DNA from: Candidatus Nomurabacteria bacterium
GTDB lineage: Bacteria; Patescibacteriota; Minisyncoccia; Phycocordibacterales; UBA9973
Reading direction: 5' to 3'
Length of the DNA stretch: 64,000 bases
Assembly: GCA_031425235.1 (NCBI GenBank)
Contig: JANPIZ010000006.1
Span: 30,803 to 94,802, forward strand
A model generated the notes under the pieces. That model was not told the DNA's origin, ran no database searches, and was given only the letters and a program-made list of their open reading frames with translations. Made by a program: the position numbers and the translations under genes. Of this stretch, positions 22,252-29,924 are shown in pieces (positions within the stretch are counted from its first letter, which is position 1; every line of letters begins with the position of its first letter).

Positions 22252-23961
22252 TTATGATCTGTTTATTTCCTTATAAACTTCAATGATTGGTTCAGGAATA
22301 TCTTCGACCCTGATATTTGCAGTGGAATATTCTCCTTTGTATTCGTTTTTGCCCCAACTGAATATATATAAAGCTGTCGGTATATTTTTCTTTTCCAACT
22401 TGGCGATCAGCTCGGCGAGTTTAGTTTTGTCTTCCTTGAAATATATAGCCATCTGTTTGCCCTTACCTTCAAATATTTGCCACCAATCGTTCTTTTCTAC
22501 TTCATTGAGTACATCCTCACGCACAGCAATCATTTCGCCTGCTTGGTAGGTGATTTTGATTTTTGCTTCATCGGAGACTTTATGAATTTGCTCGATGTCT
22601 ACGAGGTCAGTTTTGTAGTAGGAAAGGTTACTTGGTATACCTGCAACTTTTTCGTTTTTCTTGTTTTTGTATCCTTTGATAACCGCTTTTATTCTTGGAT
22701 AACAAACTGACTCCGCTATTCCACCCTTTCCATCATTGTTGTTCTCGTTATTAGTGCAGACAATAAACTTACGGTTACCGCCATCAATTTTATTCATTTC
22801 CAAAACAGCATGTCCTGTCGTTCCAGAGCCAGCGAAAAAGTCCAGAACAGTTGCGTTAGGTCTATGACCGACCACGGCAAACAAACAGTCATAAACTGTG
22901 TAGAGAGATTTCGGAAAATCAAAATCACAATTTGGCAAAATCTCTCTCAAAAGTTTTGTTCCAAAAATATTGGCATTATATTTTCCATCCGTCCAAACAG
23001 TTTTGTAGTTGAACATTGTTTTTGTCCTAACAATATCGAGAATTTTTCTGTTTCTATTTTCTACTACTGCCAGCTCATCCTTGATACTCTCCACGGTTTG
23101 GCGAGCAAAAACCCACTTTCTTTCATTGCCACTTGGGTCAATAGGGTAAATCTCTGTTACCCCGTCTTTACGTATTACATTCGCTGATTTCGGATGGAAA
23201 GAGTCAGGACTCACATCACCAAAACCAATAATCTTTCCGTCTTTTACAAAAATTGGATAGAAACAGTTTTTTGCATCTTCTCGCAAATGATTTCCCGTTG
23301 AAACATCACGCAATGGTCTAATATCTGGATTGTCTGTCCTGTCCTGTAACCCAATTAGCGTTTTATTCTTTGGCACTAAAAATATGGCGTATTCGTGCGT
23401 GGAGTGGAAGTTATTTCCTTGCGTACCTCCAGGGTTATGAATGATTGTAATTGGGTACTGGTCGTAATTAGGAAAAATCTGCTCTATCAAAACACTTAAA
23501 TGAGCTTGCTCATTATCGTCAATTGCACAAATAAGCACACCGTCATCTTTTAGTAAGTTTTTCGCCAGATTTAGGCGGTGACGCATGAAAGAAAGCCACT
23601 TGCTGTGTCGATACTCATCATCCCCATCTACATAGTCATTATTATATTTCCAGTTTCTAGCGCCAGTATTGTATGGAGGATCTATGTAGATGACATCAAT
23701 ATTCTTTTTGTGAGTGTAGTTGAGAACTGAAAGCGCAAGGTAATTATCACCCTCAATCATCAAGTTGTTTGGATATATCTCACCCAAATCAAGTTGGTTT
23801 TTTGTGACTTCTTTCAGAACTGGTACTTGAGTTTTTGATTTCTCAACAACTTCTTCCGTCTTATCCTCAAAAACAAGCCCCAGATTATTTTTTTGGAGTT
23901 TTCTGATTTGGGACTGCAAGTCCGCAATTTGTGTTTTCATTTCCTGTTCTGACATAATCAT
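22252..23961 (-). CDS. mod: Type III DNA adenine methyltransferase Mod subunit
   Basis: IEGDN, IYIDPPYNTG, WLSFM..RL, FPKS, LDFFAGSGTTG. Confidence 0.9.
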   Translation of the reverse strand: MIMSEQEMKTQIADLQSQIRKLQKNNLGLVFEDKTEEVVEKSKTQVPVLKEVTKNQLDLGEIYPNNLMIEGDNYLALSVLNYTHKKNIDVIYIDPPYNTGARNWKYNNDYVDGDDEYRHSKWLSFMRHRLNLAKNLLKDDGVLICAIDDNEQAHLSVLIEQIFPNYDQYPITIIHNPGGTQGNNFHSTHEYAIFLVPKNKTLIGLQDRTDNPDIRPLRDVSTGNHLREDAKNCFYPIFVKDGKIIGFGDVSPDSFHPKSANVIRKDGVTEIYPIDPSGNERKWVFARQTVESIKDELAVVENRNRKILDIVRTKTMFNYKTVWTDGKYNANIFGTKLLREILPNCDFDFPKSLYTVYDCLFAVVGHRPNATVLDFFAGSGTTGHAVLEMNKIDGGNRKFIVCTNNENNNDGKGGIAESVCYPRIKAVIKGYKNKKNEKVAGIPSNLSYYKTDLVDIEQIHKVSDEAKIKITYQAGEMIAVREDVLNEVEKNDWWQIFEGKGKQMAIYFKEDKTKLAELIAKLEKKNIPTALYIFSWGKNEYKGEYSTANIRVEDIPEPIIEVYKEINRS

Positions 23962-24146
23962 TTTTTCTTTTGCTTTTTGATGTTAGAACGTGAATCAATA
24001 AAGCGTTGAAGATCACTCTTTTCGACTCTCCAGTATCGAATTTTTGTCGCACGAAGTTGTTTACTGTGTATATATCGATACACAGAACGTTCACCAACGC
24101 CCAACTCTTTTACCACTTCCTGTAATGTCAGAAATGTCTTCTTCAT
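23958..24146 (-). CDS. Excisionase-like HTH DNA-binding protein
   Basis: LTLQEVVKELGVGERSVYRYI...WRV (HTH_17 type). Confidence 0.8.
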   Translation of the reverse strand: MKKTFLTLQEVVKELGVGERSVYRYIHSKQLRATKIRYWRVEKSDLQRFIDSRSNIKKQKKK

Positions 24147-24220
24147 GGATAATCACAGTTTAGCAATTTGGAGTCAGAATGGCAATTTGTGTCATGTTTG
24201 ATTTTTAGCTGTGGATAACT

Positions 24221-24260
24221 CTTTGTATCTATTTGTATCTAGTTATATCTATTTATATCT
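24221..24260. repeat. Four tandem 10-bp repeats ending TATCT
   Basis: ctttgtatct atttgtatct agttatatct atttatatct, adjacent to a DnaA box (24210-24218). Confidence 0.7.
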
Positions 24261-24308
24261 CTTACCATAGACATATTTTTATAAAACAAATATCATTAAG
24301 TTATCCCA

Positions 24309-24568
24309 GGGTGAGGCGATAACTTCATGAATCACCCCATGCTTTCGTAAGACAAAGCATCGCGTCGGGCGAAGGGAAACCCGCTAGGTAGGAACCATTG
24401 AGAAGCTACCATTTCACCTCACTTTTTTGTGAGATGCGATGGTAGCTTTTTTAGCTCTCAAAGCATCCAACAAAAAGTCTGGCGATAAATCCCTGGAATT
24501 TGCGAAGCCCGTTGCTGGCTTTGTAGGTCGCCTTCCAGGGATACCTACCAAGCCAATAGCGGGCTTTT
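24309..24568 (+). other. Multi-hairpin structured leader upstream of the rep operon
   Basis: Stems GGGTGA/TCACCC, ATGCTTT/AAAGCAT, AAGCTACCAT/ATGGTAGCTT+T tract, AAGCCCGTTG.TGGCTT/AAGCCA.TAGCGGGCTT. Confidence 0.55.
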
Positions 24569-24763
24569 ATGTTGAGCACAGAAGCACTACAAGAATTCAA
24601 AGAAATATGGAAGCAAGAATTTGGAGAAGAAATCTCTGATGAATTCGTTATGGACGAAGCAGTAAATTTGCTCACCATGTTCAATGCTATCTATCGCCCA
24701 ATCAAAGAAGAATGGCTATCAGAAATAAATTATGAAAGAACAACAGAAACCAAGACCTTATAA
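24569..24763 (+). CDS. Small hypothetical mobile-element protein
   Basis: 64 aa MLSTEALQEFKEIWKQEFGEEISDE...; overlaps the start of the rep-like gene. Confidence 0.65.
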   Translation: MLSTEALQEFKEIWKQEFGEEISDEFVMDEAVNLLTMFNAIYRPIKEEWLSEINYERTTETKTL

Positions 24764-25532
24764 CACATTGCCTCGCTTTCTTGCGGAGGATTATTTGGAT
24801 AAAAAACTCACTCGAAGTGAACTCATTTTACTTCTATGGCTACGCTCAATTGCAGATATATTTGGTGTAACTACAACCAGTGCATCAACGCTTCGAGATG
24901 ACATGTTCCCTGGTGTTGAAGTAAATACAGTTGAAAAACTTCTGCTGTCAGCAAAGAAGAAAGGTTACATTGATTATCCAAATCACCAGGGACGCAGAGG
25001 CTCCATCCGAATTCAATCAGACGAATGGCTTATAAGAGGCAAGGGTGTTTTAAGAATTACAAAACTCTCCAATCCTAGTGAAGTCATAAGCGTACCCCAA
25101 AACACAGGTGAATCTGAAGCAGAAGTAAATCATAAGTTAGGTGTTGTAAATCAGAAGTTTATTGAGCAAAAGAATCAATTAACTCAAAGGTTTTCTATAG
25201 TTCCAACCGACCATGCAATCACAAGTCACCATAACGAACACGAATATGAAAATAAGAAAGAGAATGATACATCTGGATCGACTTTTAAGGGAACGTTAGT
25301 AAATGACTTTAATCCAACGAACGGTGAGGGAATACGACTGAAAGAGGTAGCTTTGGAAATCGGTGAAGAAAACATAAATACTTTATTAAACGAATCACGA
25401 AAACCACGAGGGATGTGGGTTATTGAAAAAGCCTTCGAAATATACGAACGCGATAAGAAAGACGGTAAACGTATATCGAATCCGCCTGCTTATTTGATGG
25501 GCGTAATTAAAAAGATCAGAGCAAAGATATGA
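24732..25532 (+). CDS. Putative replication initiator (wHTH N-terminus)
   Basis: LTRSELILLLWL N-terminal helix; C-terminal ISNPPAYLMGVIK as seen in phage/plasmid Rep proteins. Confidence 0.5.
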   Translation: MKEQQKPRPYNTLPRFLAEDYLDKKLTRSELILLLWLRSIADIFGVTTTSASTLRDDMFPGVEVNTVEKLLLSAKKKGYIDYPNHQGRRGSIRIQSDEWLIRGKGVLRITKLSNPSEVISVPQNTGESEAEVNHKLGVVNQKFIEQKNQLTQRFSIVPTDHAITSHHNEHEYENKKENDTSGSTFKGTLVNDFNPTNGEGIRLKEVALEIGEENINTLLNESRKPRGMWVIEKAFEIYERDKKDGKRISNPPAYLMGVIKKIRAKI

Positions 25533-25590
25533 AAATGTATATTCACAGTTATCAGCTTGTCAGGTTTTGTCAGGATGCTATAATTACTAT

Positions 25591-25771
25591 GCGTCCTACA
25601 AGTCAGAGTATATGCACAGGGTATTTGCCTTTTTATGGCTCCAGATGTGAGCAAAGAGGGGCGACTATCCTCCGCATCTGGTTGCCTTGTGCAATTCAGA
25701 CTTGTGGGACGCAGGCTCTGGTCGTCCCTCTTTTCTATTATGGGGACGCCAATAAATGCATGGCAACCCCA
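25591..25771 (+). other. Highly structured RNA leader / candidate ncRNA
   Basis: Promoter TTGTCA(25557)-TGCTATAAT(25576); nested stems and an alternative long pairing (see findings). Confidence 0.55.
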
Positions 25772-25936
25772 CAAGACAACAAAAAGAAAATAAGTCCGTG
25801 GATATATTTCCTCGGCATAGCTTTCCCAATAATTTTAATCCTAAAAGGGCTGGAAGATTTTTTCCCTTTCATTACTACCGAATGGTTCTTTGTAATTGCC
25901 TTCCTCATATTTTTTATAATCATCGGCAGAAAATAA
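25760..25936 (+). CDS. Small two-TM membrane protein
   Basis: 58 aa from ATG 25760 with two hydrophobic helices; ends 1 nt before the integrase start. Confidence 0.6.
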   Translation: MATPQDNKKKISPWIYFLGIAFPIILILKGLEDFFPFITTEWFFVIAFLIFFIIIGRK

Positions 25937-25937
25937 T

Positions 25938-27641
25938 ATGACACCAAAAAACCAACCATTAAAATATATTGCTTACACTCGTAAGAGTACTGTTGGGGAA
26001 GACAGGCAGATGCTTTCTCACGAAGACCAGGAGGCAGATTTGAAACGAATGGAAGAGAATGAGCACTTGGATGTGGTGGAGAGACATACAGGAAAAGAAA
26101 AAGGTGAAAGCCAATCAGCTCATAAACGTGGACGACCTATCTTTTCTCATGCAATGAAACAGATTGAAGCTGGCAAAGCGAATGCCTTGCTGGTGTGGCA
26201 CCCTAACCGCCTTGCTCGTAATGCTTTTGATGGTGGCTGGATAATTACAGCTATGGACGAGGGTAAACTGCTTGAAGTAAAAACAGCCAACGGCACTTAT
26301 CGCAATACTTCTAATGACAAGTTTATGCTCCAGTTGGAGTTTGGTATGGCGAAGAAGTCGTCGGATGATAACGGCGATGCTGTGAAGCGTGGTATTAAAA
26401 CAAAACTCGCAATGGGATGGTATCCAGGCTTCGCAACGCTGGGTTACTTAAACACAAAAAACTTTGAAGAAAAGGGTCAGAACAAAATCCTTAATGACCC
26501 AGAAAGATTTGATACAGTGAAGCAGATGTGGCAAATGATGCTGACAGGAAATTATACTCCTCCACAGATACTGGAAATCGCAACAAAAGAATGGAACTTA
26601 AAGACACGAGAAACGAAAAGAAATCCTTCAAAATATCTCTGTCGCTCAACGATCTATAAGATTTTTCACAATCCTTTTTATTCAGGTTGGTATGAATATC
26701 CAAAAGGCAGTGGTGAGTGGCACAGAGGTAAACACGAGCCAATGGTAAGTGAAGAAGAATATCAACACGTGCAAGCTCTGCTGGGTAACAAGACAAGACC
26801 ACGACCACTTGCCCGCAGATTCGCATTCACTGGGATTATGCACTGTGGTAATTGTGGAGCTTCAATTACAGCAGAGGAAAAAATCAAAAGACAAAAGAAT
26901 GGAAACGTTCACCGCTATATTTATTATCGATGCACGAAACGCATTGATGAGAAGTGTCCTCAAAAAACTATCGAGCTTTCACTACTCGCTCAACAAGCAG
27001 ACCTCATCATTCAAGGTCTAACTATCTCTGACAGATTCAAAGACTGGGCAATAAAATATCTCCACGAAGTACGACAGAACGAAGCGCAGAGCAACGAGCA
27101 GGTTCTCGCAAAGAAACAGACTCGTTTACTAGAGATAACCAAACAATTAGACAATCTTCTACTTCGCCTCACGTCGCCTTCTAACGCTGACGGAGGATTG
27201 ATTAGCGACTCTGAATACAAGAGCGCCAAAGGAACTCTCTTGAAGGAAAAGAACGCCCTGGAAGCTGATCTACAGGCACAAGGTAAAGCTATAGAGCGCT
27301 GGCTAGAATTGAGCGAGCGAACATTCAACTTCGCACGTTACGCGAGCCTCTGGTTCCTTAAAGGCGACCTGGAGACGAAGAGAGCCATCTTTGCATGTCT
27401 AGGTTCGGACTTCATCCTCAAAGACCAAAAACTCAATATAACGCTTCATAAACCATTCAAATTCATCTTCGATAACCTCGAAGAAATAGAAAAAGAATTG
27501 GTTGAGGTTAGAACCTCTGAAAACCAAACAAACACAAGACAAAAGGTTTCTTTTGTCTCTAACAATCTACTAGGGCGGAGGCGGAGAGATTCGAACTCTC
27601 GATACCTTTCGGTATGCCACCTTTCCAAGGTGGTGGAATAA
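25938..27641 (+). CDS. Large serine recombinase (integrase)
   Basis: YTRKST catalytic motif, NRLARN, recombinase domain, Zn ribbon CGNCG...YYRC, coiled coil; runs through att into the antisense of the tRNA. Confidence 0.92.
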   Translation: MTPKNQPLKYIAYTRKSTVGEDRQMLSHEDQEADLKRMEENEHLDVVERHTGKEKGESQSAHKRGRPIFSHAMKQIEAGKANALLVWHPNRLARNAFDGGWIITAMDEGKLLEVKTANGTYRNTSNDKFMLQLEFGMAKKSSDDNGDAVKRGIKTKLAMGWYPGFATLGYLNTKNFEEKGQNKILNDPERFDTVKQMWQMMLTGNYTPPQILEIATKEWNLKTRETKRNPSKYLCRSTIYKIFHNPFYSGWYEYPKGSGEWHRGKHEPMVSEEEYQHVQALLGNKTRPRPLARRFAFTGIMHCGNCGASITAEEKIKRQKNGNVHRYIYYRCTKRIDEKCPQKTIELSLLAQQADLIIQGLTISDRFKDWAIKYLHEVRQNEAQSNEQVLAKKQTRLLEITKQLDNLLLRLTSPSNADGGLISDSEYKSAKGTLLKEKNALEADLQAQGKAIERWLELSERTFNFARYASLWFLKGDLETKRAIFACLGSDFILKDQKLNITLHKPFKFIFDNLEEIEKELVEVRTSENQTNTRQKVSFVSNNLLGRRRRDSNSRYLSVCHLSKVVE

Positions 27642-27660
27642 ACCGCTATCCGACGCCTCC
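27576..27660 (-). tRNA. tRNA-Ser(GGA)
   Basis: Acceptor GGAGGCG/CGCCTCC+G; anticodon arm CCACC-TTGGAAA-GGTGG; long variable arm; GTTCGAATC. Confidence 0.93.
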
Positions 27661-27731
27661 GTGCTCTTTTAATTTACAGTATTTTCAAAAAAAAGCTAGA
27701 AAAAGAAAGCAGGGAATGTTACAATTCAAGC

Positions 27732-28184
27732 ATGTCAATTCGCAGACTCGATATCACACTTATACATTTTTTTAGAAAGGTTTCTGTCCCTGTAGCTCGG
27801 TTTGGTTTATTCGTAATTTTCTTTTGGTTTGGAGCTTTGAAAGTCGTAGGCCTTTCTCCAGCGAGCAATCTAGTTCAAAATCTTTTTGAGCAGACTATTC
27901 CTTTCATGAATTTTTCTACTTTCATTATACTTTTTGGTTTGTTCGAATGTTTGATTGGAATACTTTTTCTTTTCCCCGGTTATGAACGCATTGTCATACC
28001 ACTTTTATTCATACATATGGTTACGACCTTTATGCCGCTGTTTCTTTTACGCGAAGTTACCTGGATTAAATTTATGGTTCCGACATTGGAAGGCCAGTAT
28101 ATAATTAAAAACCTCGTGGTAATAGCTGCAGCGATAGGTATAGCAGCTCACTTACACCCACTTTCTAAATCTAAATATAGTTAA
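27732..28184 (+). CDS. DoxX/YkgB-like membrane protein
   Basis: RFGL..IFFWFGALK, EGQYIIKN, several TM helices. Confidence 0.7.
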   Translation: MSIRRLDITLIHFFRKVSVPVARFGLFVIFFWFGALKVVGLSPASNLVQNLFEQTIPFMNFSTFIILFGLFECLIGILFLFPGYERIVIPLLFIHMVTTFMPLFLLREVTWIKFMVPTLEGQYIIKNLVVIAAAIGIAAHLHPLSKSKYS

Positions 28185-28185
28185 C

Positions 28186-28983
28186 GTGGATACTCTCTTT
28201 AAAAAAGTCACTATTTTAAATAAAAAAGAAGGGGAGACTCCACTCGAAGCTCTCGAGCGTTTTCGTCGATTACATAATAAGGGAAATAAAAAATCTAAAC
28301 CCACAAAGATGACTTATGCGGGTAGGCTCGATCCGATGGCGAGCGGCCTTCTTATTCTACTTGCGGGAGAAGAAACAAAAAATAAAGAAAAGTATTTGGC
28401 GCTCGACAAAGAATATGAATTTGAAGTTCTTTTTGGGTTTGCTACGGATACATATGATATTTTAGGTAAAGTAGTAAAGCAGGATTTCAGAATAGCCACG
28501 CTCATAAAGCAAGATTTAGAAAAATTAATACGAGACAAACTGAACGAATTTACTGGTACATTTATCCAAAAGTATCCAATATATTCTTCAAAGACAGTCA
28601 AAGGTAAGCAGCTTTTTGAATATGCACGAGCCGGGGAAGAAGTAGATGTGCCGGAGAGGGAAGTTTTTGTAAAGCAATTTCAATTCTTAAAACTAAGAAA
28701 AGTAAGCGCTGCTAAACTTTTGGTAAATATAGATACGAGGATTAAAAAAGTAAAAGGCGACTTTAGGCAAAAGGAAATTTTAAAAATTTGGTATAAAAAA
28801 CTAGCCACAAAAAAAACCAAAGAAGCATCAGATTTTTTTGTGGCGAGTTTTAAAATAAAATGTGGTAGTGGCACGTATGTGCGGGGGATAGCCAATAGCT
28901 TGGGTGAAAAAATGAATATTCCTGTTCTCGCTTTTTCTATAAAAAGGACAAAGGTCGGCAAATGGAGTACAATAACTATATGA
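28186..28983 (+). CDS. truB: tRNA pseudouridine-55 synthase
   Basis: AGRLDPMASGLL, KEY, TDTYD, YSS..VKGK, CGSGTYVR. Confidence 0.88.
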   Translation: MDTLFKKVTILNKKEGETPLEALERFRRLHNKGNKKSKPTKMTYAGRLDPMASGLLILLAGEETKNKEKYLALDKEYEFEVLFGFATDTYDILGKVVKQDFRIATLIKQDLEKLIRDKLNEFTGTFIQKYPIYSSKTVKGKQLFEYARAGEEVDVPEREVFVKQFQFLKLRKVSAAKLLVNIDTRIKKVKGDFRQKEILKIWYKKLATKKTKEASDFFVASFKIKCGSGTYVRGIANSLGEKMNIPVLAFSIKRTKVGKWSTITI

Positions 28984-29900
28984 TGGCTCAAGAAGTTTTA
29001 ACCATAATATTCGGAGTTTTAGTTGTCGGCTTTTTGATAGCCGACCTCGGTTTTTTGAATAGAACCAGTCACAAGATAGGTTTTCGTTCAGCCCTGTATC
29101 AATCCATCTTCTGGGTGGTTATTTCACTTACCTTTGGTGCAATGATTTATATATTTATGGGGCAAATTTTGGCTGTTGAATTTATCAGCGCCTATGTTAC
29201 CGAAAAGATGCTTTCAGTTGATAATCTTTTCGTGATAATGCTCATATTTAGTTATTTTAAACTTGAAGAAAAATACCACCACCGGGTTCTTTTTTGGGGG
29301 ATACTAGGAGCGATAGTATTTCGTGCCATTTTTATTGTATTAGGTGCATATATAATAGGTCAGTTCTATTTTGTCCTGTATATTTTTGGTGCAATTCTAC
29401 TCTATACGGGAATAAAGTTGCTTGCTGACAAGAAGGAGGAACACATTGATTTTAAAAATAGTAAGGTTGTTAAATTTGCTCACAAAATACTTCCTTTTAC
29501 CGATAGTCCTCATGGGGGGAAGTTCTTTTTTAGAGAAAAAGGGAAGTTTTTCTTTACTTCACTTTTTATGATCGTGCTTTTAGTAGAGGCAACCGATATC
29601 GTCTTTGCTGTCGATTCTATACCAGCGGTGTTTGCTATTTCCCAGAATCCATTCATTGTTTTTACTTCAAATATTTTTGCGATTTTGGGATTGAGAGCAC
29701 TTTTCTTCCTTTTGGAAAATATTTTACACCGATTCCATCATTTACAAAAAGGCCTAGCTGTAGTGCTCATTTTCATTGGACTTAAAATGCTTATTGGTAT
29801 ATTGGGGATACATATTTCCTCACTCATTTCTTTTTCAGTTATAATGTTAGCTCTGATATTTTCAATAGTTCTCTCCTATATTTTTCCGAAAAAGATTTAA
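28980..29900 (+). CDS. TerC/Alx family membrane protein
   Basis: LSVDNLFV, FAVDSIPAVFA, GLRALFF; start placed at ATG 28980. Confidence 0.88.
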   Translation: MMAQEVLTIIFGVLVVGFLIADLGFLNRTSHKIGFRSALYQSIFWVVISLTFGAMIYIFMGQILAVEFISAYVTEKMLSVDNLFVIMLIFSYFKLEEKYHHRVLFWGILGAIVFRAIFIVLGAYIIGQFYFVLYIFGAILLYTGIKLLADKKEEHIDFKNSKVVKFAHKILPFTDSPHGGKFFFREKGKFFFTSLFMIVLLVEATDIVFAVDSIPAVFAISQNPFIVFTSNIFAILGLRALFFLLENILHRFHHLQKGLAVVLIFIGLKMLIGILGIHISSLISFSVIMLALIFSIVLSYIFPKKI

Positions 29901-29924
29901 ATTAGTTTATGTATAATATGTAAT

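Larger units (their letters stand above)
18848..27581. mobile_element. Integrative element (satellite-like) integrated at the tRNA-Ser 3' end
   Basis: Direct repeat GGCGGAGG at 18849-18856 and 27574-27581; the left copy carries TGG (CCA on the minus strand); contains serine integrase, Xis-like, Rep-like and R-M genes. Confidence 0.85.

Noticed and set aside
24439-24684. Short ORFs on both strands across the island leader
   Set aside because: They overlap hairpin-rich sequence and the better-supported 24569 ORF, and have no protein-like features.
25529-25759. N-terminal 77 codons of the 135-aa ORF 25529-25936
   Set aside because: Overlaps a promoter and a strongly structured RNA; only the hydrophobic part from ATG 25760 looks protein-like.
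18848-27581. Island as a complete prophage or ICE
   Set aside because: No capsid, terminase, tail, relaxase or T4SS genes are visible; called an integrative satellite-like element only.
28475-28517. TAAAGCA(G/A)GATTT repeated at 30-nt spacing in truB
   Set aside because: Single short in-frame duplication with no palindrome; could be chance or local slippage.
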